Below, piece by piece: positions 42,986-54,658 of a stretch of 64,000 bases of DNA (positions within the stretch are counted from its first letter, which is position 1; each line of letters begins with the position of its first letter). Made by a program: the position numbers and the translations under genes. The notes under the pieces are model-generated. The model saw only the letters and a list, made by a program, of their open reading frames with translations, did no database searches and had not been told where the DNA came from. Location: NCBI GenBank assembly GCA_000004695.1, contig CM000152.2:3104001-3168000 (forward strand), in the 5' to 3' direction. This stretch comes from Dictyostelium discoideum. Taxonomy: Eukaryota.

Positions 42986-44033
42986 AAACATTTTTTGGTA
43001 ATTCAAGATTAGCAACTACATCAATGTAATGAAGTGCTACTCTAGTTAAAAGTACTAATTTATCCATTTCAGAAGCTTTTGGAATTTTGAAAACAAATTT
43101 AAGAGCTTTTGGGTATTTTGGATTAATTAAACTATGATCAGTAAAGTGAAAAAGTTCAATTAAATTCTCATTTTGATTGATAACTTGAATTTCTTGTTGT
43201 TTTAATAATAATGATGGAAGGATATCAGTGTCACATAAAACTCCAAAACTATTTGATAAGGTATTAATACTTGATCCTGTATATTTTGAACAGAATAAAT
43301 CCTAAATATAATATATTTTTTTTATTTATTAATATTATTATTATTATTTACAAGTAAAAATAAAAATATACACATACGACATCACTATTATCAGATTTAA
43401 ATTTCTTTAATGATTTTGTTTTTACTAATGCAAATACTAATGGATCCATATTTTCTTTATTCATTGCAATTTCAAGAGTCATACGATCAGGATTACCATA
43501 ACCAATGAAATCTAATAAAATTGAGAATAGATCATGTCTTTTCTTTAAATCCAATGAAGCTTGTAAACCAAAACAATTGTTTCTACCAGTTGCAATGAAT
43601 GAATATGAAGATGGATTCACTTTTAAAATTGTGAAATCACCTCTATTACCTGTTTTTGAAAAATTTGACATGAAAACTGGTTGTAATTTAGCTCCCCATA
43701 ATTGAATTAATTCACGATTTGCTTTTGATCCAATGAAATAATTTGCAATATATCCAATAATTATTAAAATAAAACAACTTTCTAAAATCCAATTATTTGG
43801 TTTCTTTGGTGTTGGTGTTGATGGAATTTTATCATTATCTGTTGTTGTTGTTGTTGGTGGTGGAATTTTATCTTCTGGTGCTTCACTACCACCATCATAA
43901 TTTATAAATTCTTCACTATCTGTTGTTACATCCTTTTATTATAAATTAATTATTAGTATTATATTGTTGTACAAAAAATAAATAAAAAAAAAAAAAAAAA
44001 AAAATTTTATTTTCATACGAGAATGAAGATCAA

Positions 44034-44072
<39 letters not shown>

Positions 44073-44177
44073 TTTATAAATAAAATTTAAACTTACATTT
44101 GATTGTGAAATTGATAATGAAAAAAGTGAAAATAATAAAACAAATAATGCAAATATTATTAATTTATTGATTTTCAT
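42638..44177 (-). CDS. CCDC47 / calumin (PAT-complex subunit, DUF1682) homologue, 4 exons: 44097..44177 (ATG 44177, signal peptide), 43378..43932, 42990..43301, 42638..42871. 393 aa.
   Basis: The protein reads MKINKLIIFALFVLLFSLFSLSISQSN|DVTTDSEEFINYDGGSEAPEDKIPPPTTTTT...KKPNNWILESCFILIIIGYIANYFIGSKANRELIQLWGAKLQPVFMSNFSKTGNRGDFTILKVNPSSYSFIATGRNNCFGLQASLDLKKRHDLFSILLDFIGYGNPDRMTLEIAMNKENMDPLVFALVKTKSLKKF...|DLFCSKYTGSS...LELPKN|YKAKADKLRDKAKENIEKQAQLERQEEIQKKKFEKKLKEKEAIGKLTPEQQRKKDEKEYQKQLKKRTSGGKTKVILG. From memory it aligns with human CCDC47 ([56 protein letters not shown]; K/E-rich coiled-coil tail). The exon lengths are 81+555+312+234 nt, all in frame. The third intron contains (ATT)n. 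Confidence 0.85.
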
Positions 44178-44497
44178 TTTTTTTTATTTATTTTGTTTTT
44201 TTTTTTATTTGTATAAAGGTTGAGGTGGCAAATAAAAAAAATGAATAGTGATGACTTTTTTTTTTTTCATTTTTTTTTTTTTCATTTTTTTTATTTTTTA
44301 TAAAATTAAAAAATTTTATTTTAAAAAAATAAAAAAAAATTGAAAGCGAATCTGTAAAAAAAAAAAATAAAAAAATAAAAAATTAAAAAATAAAAAACTT
44401 TCATATTTTACATTTTTTTGTTTGTGTGTGTACAAATAATTTTTAATTCTTTATATATATTTTATTTATTTATTTCTCAATAAAAGTAATTGAATAA

Positions 44498-45553
<1,056 letters not shown>

Positions 45554-45781
45554 AATTAAAATTAAAAATAAAAATAAAATTAAATATAAAAATCTGAAAA
45601 AAAAAAAAAAACGAAGTTCTTATTTTTTTATTTTTTTTATTTTTTGTAAAATTTTGAAAAAAAAAAAAAAAAAAAAAAAAAAAAGTGTTTTGTGTTTGTT
45701 TTTTCAATTTTTTTTATTTTTTTTTTATTTCAAATTTTTCATTTTATATCTTTTAATATATATAAAATTTAAAATTAAAAA

Positions 45782-46495
45782 ATGTTACACCCACAACAAA
45801 TGCAAGAGCAGCAACAGCAACAACAAGAAGCTCAAGCTGCATCAATCATACCAGAACATTATGAAATGGAATATATTCAAAGAAATAATAAAACTGTTTC
45901 ATTTTGGTAATAATCAATATTATAATAACCATAGTTATTTTATTATTATTATTATTATTATTTTAAATATGTTTAGTATTTTACTAATTAAATTTAATTA
46001 AATTTAAAAATTTTAGTCAAATTCCAATTTCAATTTTAGGAGGAGCAATTGCAGGTGTTATTGGATTTTCAGGAGTTTATGGCTTTTTATTTTATTTTTT
46101 TATATATATTACATTTTGTTCATTATTTACATTAAAAGAAAACAAAAATTTACATTTATATTTTCCAAATCCAAGATCAATTTGGTTTGATAGTATTGGT
46201 GCAGGTTTAATGGTATGTTTATTAAACATCCAAAAATATATATATATATTTATATATCACCCCTTCCAAAATCCTATTCCCAAAATTACTAATCCTATTT
46301 TTTTTTTTTAAAAATTACTTATTTTATGATTACTTTAATATTGTTATTTAGCCATATATTTTATTTTGGACGTAAGTGGAAAAAAAAAAAAAAAAAAAAA
46401 AATCTTCAAGATATTTTCCATAATTAGCAATTACTAATTTTAAATTTCTATTTTTATTTTTTAGATTTTTATATAATATAATACATATTTATTAA
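45782..46495 (+). CDS. ER membrane protein complex subunit 6 (EMC6/TMEM93), 4 exons: 45782..45906, 46017..46212, 46352..46371 (a 20-nt micro-exon), 46465..46495. 123 aa.
   Basis: The product reads MLHPQQMQEQQQQQQEAQAASIIPEHYEMEYIQRNNKTVSF|CQIPISILGGAIAGVIGFSGVYGFLFYFFIYITFCSLFTLKENKNLHLYFPNPRSIWFDSIGAGLM|PYILFW|TFLYNIIHIY. From memory it matches human EMC6 ...[26 protein letters not shown]...[39 protein letters not shown]. Only the 4-exon model reproduces the conserved C-terminal LFWTFLY...HxY. Donors are GTAATA, GTATGT and GTAAGT. Confidence 0.85.
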
Positions 46496-46569
46496 ATTAA
46501 TTGGGCTCAAAATGTTTTGTATATAAATATAAATATAAATAAAATACATCTATACAGTGCGTTTGGTGT

Positions 46570-46614
<45 letters not shown>

Positions 46615-47037
46615 GAAAAGGCTTCAAAATTTATTTTTATTTATTTATTTTATTTTATTTTATCAAGTCCAATAATCAAATCATCTTAAATCTAATTTTA
46701 TTTATTTTTATTATTTTTTATTTTATTTTCCCATAACTTTTTCGTTTGTTTTTTTTTTTTTTTTTTGTTTTTTTGTTTTTTTTTTTTTTTTTTATTTTAC
46801 AAAAAATAATAATAATTACAAGTTCACTTCACTTCACCCACTTTCTATTTTTTTTAATTTTTTTTTTTTTTATTTTTTTTTTCAATATTATTATATTATT
46901 TTTTTTTTTTAATATTATTATTACAACATATAAAAAAATAATTAATTTTTTTTTAATTTTTTATTGTTTTTTTTTTTAATTACAACACACACATATAAAA
47001 TAATTAAATTTATACATATTTATTTAAATAAATAAAA

Positions 47038-48966
47038 ATGATAATAATAATTAATCAAAAATATTTAATTAAAAAAATATTAAATTATTATTTATCATTT
47101 TATTCAAAATATGGTGATGAAGAGAATGGTATATTATTTTTAAGTTATTCAATAATGAAATTAAGTTCAATTTGTAAAGATTGGAAAAGGGATTTAGTAC
47201 GTAAATTGACATACCCAAGAATTGAGATTACAAATATGGAAGTATTAGCATACGTAGTTGAATGGATTGAAAAGTTGAAATTACCAATAAACAATCTCAA
47301 ATTCCCATTCCATCAACAGAAAACCATGTTTAAAGATGATTTCCTATCACCACAATTAACCGAATCAGTACCAATAATTGCGGATCGTATTAGATCAATT
47401 TCATTCAGATCTGGTAAAATCGATTACGGTGGTACCATTCTGTTAACAGAGAGTATAGAGAGTGCAAGTTTTGGTGTTTTCAATAATAAAGAGTATCAAA
47501 AGTTTTGTAATATCCTAGTAAACTATAAAGAAGTAATTAAAAAATCATTAACATCATTAACATTAACTACAATCCTATATGAATGTGATATCGATATTCA
47601 AGATATTAAAGAATCAATTAAATCATTACAAGTACTTGACTCTTTAATTTTAGTAAGTTGTTTTCAAAATCAAATTCAATCATTAGATTTAATACCACAA
47701 TTATCAAAAACTTTAAGAAAAATTAAATTATTATATATAAATATAGAATATGAAATGTTATTAAATATGATTAAATTAATAATTGAAAATCAACAAAAAT
47801 ATAATAATAATAATAATATAGGTGGTGATGATGATGAAATTTGTAATATATCATATTTTGAATTAAATGCAAAATTTTTAAATCATCATCTTTTAAATAA
47901 TAACAATAATAGTGGTAGTAAAATTAATAATAGTGATAATAGTAATCAATTACCTGATAATGGCGTATTATGGGAGGATGAAGATAAATTTAATCAACAA
48001 TTTTCAGAATCTTCAAATTGCTTTTATTTAGATGGTGTTTTTGAATTATTATCAAATTGGAAATCTTTAAAATCTTTTAAAATTATAATGCCTGACGAGA
48101 CTGTAAACGTTTCAAGCGTTTTAAATTTTTTAGGTTGTCAAGAAAATTTAAAAAAATTCACTTTTATTGTCAAATTAAATGATGATATTAATAAAAATAA
48201 AAATAATAATGAATATATAACATCAATTGATAATTTAAATTATTCAGTTAAAAAGATAATGATTAAATCATTTATTGAAAATGATAAAGATTGTATACCA
48301 ATGATATGGAATAAATGTAAAGAATTGAATAGATTAGAATTACATTTAGAAGGTGATACAATTGAAAGTGATAAATTTTATAGTTTTAATGATAGTGATA
48401 ATAATAATAAATCAGATTTAGAGATTAAAATATTTAGTTTAAATCATCCATATTCAAATAGATTATTTAATTCAATTCATTCAAATTTAAATGTAGTTTC
48501 AGTTACAATAATTAATGAACAAGATGAATTGGATTCTTTAAGAGAGGTATTGTTATGGAATCATCCAACTATTAAAACTTTGAATTTCAATAAATCAGAT
48601 TGTAAATCTCCACAAACTTTATCACTTATAGACCCAATAATTAATAATAATACAATTGAATTCCTTTATATTGCTGGTGTATTACAAAAAGATTCACTCT
48701 ATCCTCAACATGATAATTTAGAACTATTAATTCAAATTCTATCTCGTAATAATACTTTAATTCATTTAGATTTTAGTTTTAATTCATTACCATCGAAAAT
48801 GACTGATGATGAATTATCTAAACTTTTAAATGCAATTCAATCAAATAAAACAATTCAATCACTAACTTTAAATGGTTGTTGGGATATATCCTCAAAATAT
48901 ATTAATATCATTAATAAAACATTATTAATATGTGGTATATTATCAACTTATTGTGATCCATTTTAA
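47038..48966 (+). CDS. Hypothetical 642-aa leucine-rich-repeat-like protein; single exon.
   Basis: ATG at 47038, with one continuous ORF. The C-terminal half has LRR-like periodicity (...NNTLIHLDFSFNSLPSKMTDDELSKLLNAIQSNKTIQSLTLNGCWDIS...). The N-terminus (...MKLSSICKDWKRDLVRKL...) is weakly F-box-like. I could not assign a family with confidence. Confidence 0.55.
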   Translation: MIIIINQKYLIKKILNYYLSFYSKYGDEENGILFLSYSIMKLSSICKDWKRDLVRKLTYPRIEITNMEVLAYVVEWIEKLKLPINNLKFPFHQQKTMFKDDFLSPQLTESVPIIADRIRSISFRSGKIDYGGTILLTESIESASFGVFNNKEYQKFCNILVNYKEVIKKSLTSLTLTTILYECDIDIQDIKESIKSLQVLDSLILVSCFQNQIQSLDLIPQLSKTLRKIKLLYINIEYEMLLNMIKLIIENQQKYNNNNNIGGDDDEICNISYFELNAKFLNHHLLNNNNNSGSKINNSDNSNQLPDNGVLWEDEDKFNQQFSESSNCFYLDGVFELLSNWKSLKSFKIIMPDETVNVSSVLNFLGCQENLKKFTFIVKLNDDINKNKNNNEYITSIDNLNYSVKKIMIKSFIENDKDCIPMIWNKCKELNRLELHLEGDTIESDKFYSFNDSDNNNKSDLEIKIFSLNHPYSNRLFNSIHSNLNVVSVTIINEQDELDSLREVLLWNHPTIKTLNFNKSDCKSPQTLSLIDPIINNNTIEFLYIAGVLQKDSLYPQHDNLELLIQILSRNNTLIHLDFSFNSLPSKMTDDELSKLLNAIQSNKTIQSLTLNGCWDISSKYINIINKTLLICGILSTYCDPF

Positions 48967-49115
48967 AAATAATAAAAAAATAAATAATAATAAATAATAA
49001 ATTTAAAATAATTAAAAAAAAAAAAAAAAAAAACATCCTTTAAATATAATTTATTTATTTTATTTTTATATTTATATTTAAAAAAAAAAATATATACACC
49101 TCCTTATTATATAGT

Positions 49116-49580
49116 TTATTTATTTATAATTTGATCAAATTGTTGGATTAAATTTAGAGGTGAATGTAAATCATTTTCAAGTGTTGGTAGAGTAATATTC
49201 TCTTGAATTGATTTTTCATTTGTTAAATCTTTTAAAGAATCTGGAATATTTAGAAATAAATCCTCATTCAAATTTGGTAAAATAAAACTCTTATTATTAT
49301 TATTTCCTTCAATATTAGTTGAAATAATATTATTTGAGTTATAATCATTGTCATTATTACTATAATTTGTTATTGGTAACAATGATAAATTTGATAGGGG
49401 TGATTGGAAATTGATACTATTATATAATTGTAAGAATTGATTAAAAAGTGTATCCATTATTTCTCTATTGGAATTCAATTGATTGAATAATTGTTTAATA
49501 TTTTCAATTGGCAATAAATTATTTAAATCAATATTGTTTGTTGTAGTTATTGTCGTTGTTGATATGTAATTCATTTTCTT
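49116..49580 (-). CDS. Hypothetical small Asn-rich protein. The first in-frame ATG is near 49568 (MNYISTTTITTTNNIDL...), but the frame is open further upstream to ~49700.
   Basis: It is a minus-strand ORF ending at a TAA at 49116 (...LIQQFDQIINK). I recognise no domain. The composition is low-complexity, so this is a weak call. Confidence 0.3.
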   Translation of the reverse strand, partial: KKMNYISTTTITTTNNIDLNNLLPIENIKQLFNQLNSNREIMDTLFNQFLQLYNSINFQSPLSNLSLLPITNYSNNDNDYNSNNIISTNIEGNNNNKSFILPNLNEDLFLNIPDSLKDLTNEKSIQENITLPTLENDLHSPLNLIQQFDQIINK

Positions 49581-49714
49581 TAATTTTTTATAATTATTGT
49601 TTTTATTGTTGTTACTACCATCCAATAATGGTTCAATTGAATTTGTAATTGGATTTGGTTGAAAATGATGAAATTTTTGAACTTTAAATTTATCTTTATG
49701 TTTTTAAAATAATA

Positions 49715-49748
<34 letters not shown>

Positions 49749-50237
49749 AATTTAGATTAAATTAATTAATCTTTTCAAATTCGGTCCAATTTTTTTTTAA
49801 ATTTTATAATTTACCAATTTGATAAGGTAATTTTCTCTTTTTAATTTGATTTGTTTGATTATTTTTCATTTCAATTGATCTTAATTTTATATAATTATCT
49901 CTTTTTTATTTGTTATTGTTATTTTTTAAAAAAAGAAAATATTGTTTGAAATTTAGAATAAATAAAAAAAATAATAATGAAAAAAAAAAAAAAAGCTATT
50001 TATACTTCCATTTTAATAAATTTTTTTAAAAAATAAAAAAAATAATAAAAAAAATAATAAAAAATAAAAAATAAATAAAAAATAAATTAAGTTAATTATA
50101 AAATTATTATCCAAATGAAGATATTTTTTTAAATTTAGAATAAGGTGGTTTTCTATGATTTTAAATATTTATATATATATTTTTCCTAAACCAGAGGTTT
50201 TTTTTTTTATTATTATTTATTAATTTATTTTATTTAT

Positions 50238-51321
50238 TTATTTATCAACTAATTCAGCTTCTTTTTCTTCAAATTCAATAACATTTGAAATTAATTTAGA
50301 TTGTTTATCATCCAAAAGTGACATAGAATCCATATTCTTTATGACATCATTGAAATCGAATTCATTTGGACGATTAGTAAATGTTTGCATAATTTTATAT
50401 TTATTATCATCCAAGAGATAAGTTTGAAGTTGGTTATAAAGATATTGAGCTTGTATATTATTTAAAACTTCTCTATAATTTTTTTTTAATAATAAAAAAA
50501 ATTAATAAAAGGGGGTCACATTAAAAAATTAATTAATTTTATTTTATTTTATTTTACTTACAAATTTGGTTCAGCTCTCATTAAAACGATTTCTTTAGAA
50601 TCAATAAAATCGATATAGTGTGAAGCGACCATCCATGGTACAGCATTGACTGTATGTTTTTTATATTGTTCTAAATAGGTGAAAACAAAATGATCACCTT
50701 GATTTTGATATAACATTGAAATAAAACCTTTATCACCTGGAAGTGGGAAAATAAAGATTGGACTATGTAAATTCACAAAACACAAAATAAAAAAAAAAAA
50801 AGAATTATTAAATATAATAAAATAATAATAATAATAATAATATTGTTCACTTACCATGCTTTTGATCTTTCAATTAATTTTTTATAAATATCTTTTGGAA
50901 TTACAGCACAAAGGCAATCTTTTTTTAAATGATATTGTAACCAAATATCTTTGATTGTGGCAACATCTTCTTTTTCCATTAATTCAATCTTTACAACTTC
51001 ATTTAGTTTACCTGGTGGACCCAAGAATGGTTTATCTGCTTTATAATCTGGTTTAGTTGTATAAAATTTATTACCAATTAATGCTTGCGCGCATTGTGAC
51101 ATTGGTGTGGTTGTAGTTGTTGATGGTTTGGTAATATTATTATTATTATTATTAACTTTTGATGGTGTTGCTAATTTTTTATTTTGAAACATATTATTAT
51201 TATTAATTGCTTTATTTGTTAATAAATTGAAAGAAGTTGTTGTTGTAGTTGTGGTTGTGGTTGAATTAGTAGTCTTTTTTAATAAAGATCCTACTGTGGA
51301 TAATCTATTTACTAAATTCAT
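50238..51321 (-). CDS. ATP11 (mitochondrial F1-ATPase beta-subunit assembly factor 1) homologue, 3 exons: 50855..51321 (ATG 51321), 50562..50762, 50238..50472. 300 aa.
   Basis: The product reads MNLVNRLSTVGSLLKKTT... (presequence-like, then a poly-T/N linker) then ...KADKPFLGPPGKLNEVVKIELMEKEDVATIKDIWLQYHLKKDCLCAVIPKDIYKKLIERSKA|CPIFIFPLPGDKGFISMLYQNQGDHFVFTYLEQYKKHTVNAVPWMVASHYIDFIDSKEIVLMRAEPN|LEVLNNIQAQYLYNQLQTYLLDDNKYKIMQTFTNRPNEFDFNDVIKNMDSMSLLDDKQSKLISNVIEFEEKEAELVDK. It matches the ATP11 family pattern (...IW..yH......A.IP...Y.....RA...P.F..PLPR..G.EF...Q...). Both donors are GTAAGT, and the exon lengths are 467+201+235 nt in frame. Confidence 0.85.
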
Positions 51322-51624
51322 CTAAACAATAGTTCGTTTTTTATGAAAATGAATTGGGTTTTTTTTTTTTTTTTTTTTTTTTTTGGAAAAATAAAAAAAA
51401 TAAAAAATAAAATAAAAAAAAAATGAAAAAAAAAATAAAATAAATAAAATTTTTTTTTAATTAAAATATCAGAAAAAAAAAAAAAAAAAGTAATTTATTT
51501 GTAAAAGTGATGATGATAGTATTACTCATTGTGGAAATGTGAAAATTAAAAGAGTGGTTTAGATATATATATATATAAATTTTTAAAATTGATTTAAAAT
51601 TTTGTGGGTAATTCATTTTTATAA

Positions 51625-51658
<34 letters not shown>

Positions 51659-52252
51659 GTTATTATTATTATAATTAAACTGTTATTTTAAATTATTTTT
51701 ATCTCTTTTTTTATTTTATTTTTATTTTATTTTATTTTATTTTATTTTATTTTATTTTTTAGATTATGTCTGGTAAAAAAAAAAAAAAAATAAACCAATT
51801 TTACAAAGTGGTGGGGAACTGATAAAATTGAGATAATTTGTTGTTTTTAATTTTTTTTTTTTTTTTATAATTTTATTTTTTTTGAATTAAATTTTTTTTT
51901 TTTTTTTTTATTTTAAATTTTATATTTTTTTTTTTTTTTTCATTTTCTTATTAATTTATAAATTCCTTCCTTCATAAAACTACACAATTTAAAAATTTTA
52001 TTATTCCATCTTTAATAATAATAATAATAATAATAATAACAGTAAAATAGAAATAAATAAAAACAAAAAAATAGATAAATAAAATTTTAATAGATACAAA
52101 TAAAAAAAAAAAAAAAAAAAAAAAAAATAATTTTAGTTACATATATACACACATTAACATAACATATATATAAAATATAAACATATATAAAAAAAATAAA
52201 AAAAAAAAAAACAAATAAAAAATAAAAATAAAAAAAAACAACTTGTAAATAA

Positions 52253-52283
<31 letters not shown>

Positions 52284-52311
52284 AAAAATTTAGATTTAAA
52301 ATACAAAAAAA

Positions 52312-52566
52312 ATGAATATAATTAGAACTACCCAAACATTAAATGCTCAATCAAAGCAATTGTTTAGGTCTTATTCATCACTTACACCATCACAACATCT
52401 TCCAAAGAAACTTAATTTCCCAATAAAAAACAAATTTCATCCAGTAGATTCTATTAAAGCAGTAAATAAAACACGTCATTCAATATTTAAAGCAAGAAAA
52501 TCATTAGATAGAGGTTTATTAAAAAAAGCAGAAGATTTGCTGTGTCATCTGTCAGAGATTTTATGA
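52312..52566 (+). CDS. 84-codon ORF with a mitochondrial-presequence-like N-terminus (MNIIRTTQTLNAQSKQLFRSYSSLTPSQHLPKKLNFPIKNKFHP...). It ends at a TGA one codon before the GTAAGT donor and is out of frame with the downstream TPR exons.
   Basis: The N-terminus is rich in R/K/S/T and has no acidic residues in the first 40 aa. The reading frame is +1 relative to the frame needed to splice into exon 2. It is either the true 5' coding exon disrupted by a 1-nt indel (sequence error or pseudogene) or a separate uORF. Confidence 0.35.
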   Translation: MNIIRTTQTLNAQSKQLFRSYSSLTPSQHLPKKLNFPIKNKFHPVDSIKAVNKTRHSIFKARKSLDRGLLKKAEDLLCHLSEIL

Positions 52567-53836
52567 AGTAAGTTTTATTATTATTATTTTTTAAAATTAA
52601 TTTAAATCATAAAACTAATTAATTTTATTATTATTTATTATTTTTTATTATTTATTATAAATAGAAAAATTGATTTAGCATCATCATTATATGCATATCC
52701 AACATATGCACTTGGATTAGTTTCATTAAAAAAAGGTTATTATTCGACTAGTGAAGATCTTTTAAGAGATTCTTTGAGAAGAAGTGAAGCAATCGATAAC
52801 ATTAGTAAAAATGTTAGAAAGAATATGATAGAGTCTACAAATGATTTAGGTTTAGCATTATTAAGACAAGGTGACTATGGAAAATCTTTTTCAAATTTCT
52901 CTAAAGCAGAAGAAATGGTCAAAGAAGAAATGCTTAACGATAATATTGATCTGTAATTATCTATATTAATTATTACTTTTAAAAATTTTAAAACACTAAT
53001 TTATTTAAACTTTTTTTTTTTTTTTTTACAGTTACTTTTTACTTCCAGCAATTTACTCAAATATTGGCGAATATTATAGAGAATTTCATTGTTATGATAC
53101 ATCGATTGAGTTTCATGCAAGAGCACATAATTGTTTATTAGCATTTCCAGAAGAACAATTAAATTTAGCAAGATGTCTCCTTAATAGAGGACAATTATAT
53201 AGAATATCCAATCAAATCGAGGTAGGCAAAGAGTTTTTAGATGCTGGTCAAAAGAAATTGATAAGTTATTTGAACTCTATAGACTCAAGACCAACACCAA
53301 ATCATATGGATTGGTCAAAATTTTTAATGGAGTATGGACATTATTATTTCAGTATAGGTAATATTGAAAAAGCTAGAAAAAAGTTTACCTCTGCAAAAGA
53401 TCATTTCATATCAATGGATAATTCAGAAACACCAGATGCAATTATAAACATGATCAATCTCGCCATCATTGAAAAAAATTTCCCAACCTTACCATCAGCT
53501 CAATCCGACACTTACATCTCTGAAATTTTAGCTTCCATTCAATCACCACTTCACAAATTAAAGAATCAAAGATTCAATTTAGATTCATATGAAATAGATT
53601 CAGCAATTCAAAGTTTAGTGAATGATCCAATTCAAACAACAACAACTACAACAACTACAACAACACCAAATCACAATAACAATACTAAAGCGGCATCCAA
53701 AAATACTAACATCACTTTTAAACCAGAAATCACTTTTAAACCAGAACCAAGTAAAGTGAAATTAGTTGAACCACTTGCATTCCAATTAATGTTTATTGAA
53801 TCTCAAACTCAACCAAGCTTCGGGTTAAAATATTAA
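52563..53836 (+). CDS. TPR-repeat protein (possibly TTC19-like, mitochondrial), 3 exons in the best model: 52563..52567 (ATGAA), 52665..52952, 53032..53836. The upstream ORF 52312..52566 is reported separately.
   Basis: Exon 2 reads KIDLASSLYAYPTYALGLVSLKKGYYSTSEDLLRDSLRRSEAIDNISKNVRKNMIESTNDLGLALLRQGDYGKSFSNFSKAEEMVKEEMLNDNIDL. Exon 3 reads YFLLPAIYSNIGEYYREFHCYDTSIEFHARAHNCLLAFPEEQLNLARCLLNRGQLYRISNQIEVGKEFLDAGQKKLISYLNS...GHYYFSIGNIEKARKKFTSAKDHF..., which has the alternating A/Y/L/G periodicity typical of TPR. Donors are GTAAGT and GTAATT. The TTC19 assignment is a guess from domain content. Confidence 0.55.
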
Positions 53837-53958
53837 TTTAATAAATTGTTTGATTGATTTATTATTTTGTATCATATTAAAAAAAAGATTCACTGTTTTT
53901 GTTTTTTTTTTTTTTTAATTTACAAATAATTGATTAAATTAGAATCTTAGATTTTTTT

Positions 53959-54216
53959 TTGAAACCTGAGTTCATTGAGAAGAAGTAGAAGAAGAGGGTA
54001 TCTACTACTTTAAAATGATTTAATTTTGGTAAGGCCAAATCTCTTTTCTTTTTTTTCTGGGAAATTTCATCTAAATTAAATTGGCTGCTACCAAAATCTA
54101 AAATGTGTTTTAATAATACAATTATACAATACTTATTTAGATTTAAATACTCCAAAATAATTATTTTAAAGTAGTAGATACCCTCTTCTTCTACTTCTTC
54201 TCAATGAACTCAGGTT
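53959..54216. mobile_element. About 258-bp foldback/MITE-like element: perfect ~56-bp terminal inverted repeats flanking an ~145-bp AT-rich core. No coding capacity.
   Basis: The left arm gaaacctgagttcattgagaagaagtagaagaagagggtatctactactttaaaat (~53959..54015) is the exact reverse complement of the right arm attttaaagtagtagataccctcttcttctacttcttctcaatgaactcaggttt (~54160..54216). The core also has partial internal symmetry (ttttggtaaggcc / ggctgctaccaaaa). The 73-aa track ORF on the minus strand here is an artefact. Confidence 0.65.
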
Positions 54217-54658
54217 TTTAACTTTGTTAACATTGTACACCAAAATTGAAAAGTAAAATTTATATTTCCCTAATAATTTTTAAATTATAAAGTTTGTGGT
54301 ATTTTTATTTTTATTAATTTTAAATAGGCCTCTTTTAAATTTAATTAACATTTAATTTAATTGAAATTAATATATTAATAAAAAACTCAATCTAATCCCA
54401 AAAAATTCATTTTAGGAATTAAACTTGTTTCAGCCATTAAACTATTTTTTTTTTTTTAAAATAGTTTATAATATAATTAATAAAAAATTATGATAAAAAT
54501 TAAGAAAATCTAATGAAAAAGAAAAAAATAAACCAGATAGTTAAAAACAATAATAAATTTATATCAATCAAATTTTTGTTGAATAATATTAAATATTTAA
54601 TATTTAATAAAATTTATTTTTTTAAAATTAAACTTGATTTTAAAAATGGATAGGTGGT

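Noticed and set aside
50558-50857. Track ORF beginning MVSEQYYYYYYYF...
   Set aside because: Only its 3' two-thirds is real (ATP11 exon 2). The 5' part is intron read-through ((ATT)n gives the poly-Y run).
53934-54155. 73-aa minus-strand ORF in the track.
   Set aside because: It lies wholly inside the inverted-repeat foldback element. The sequence is palindromic, not coding.
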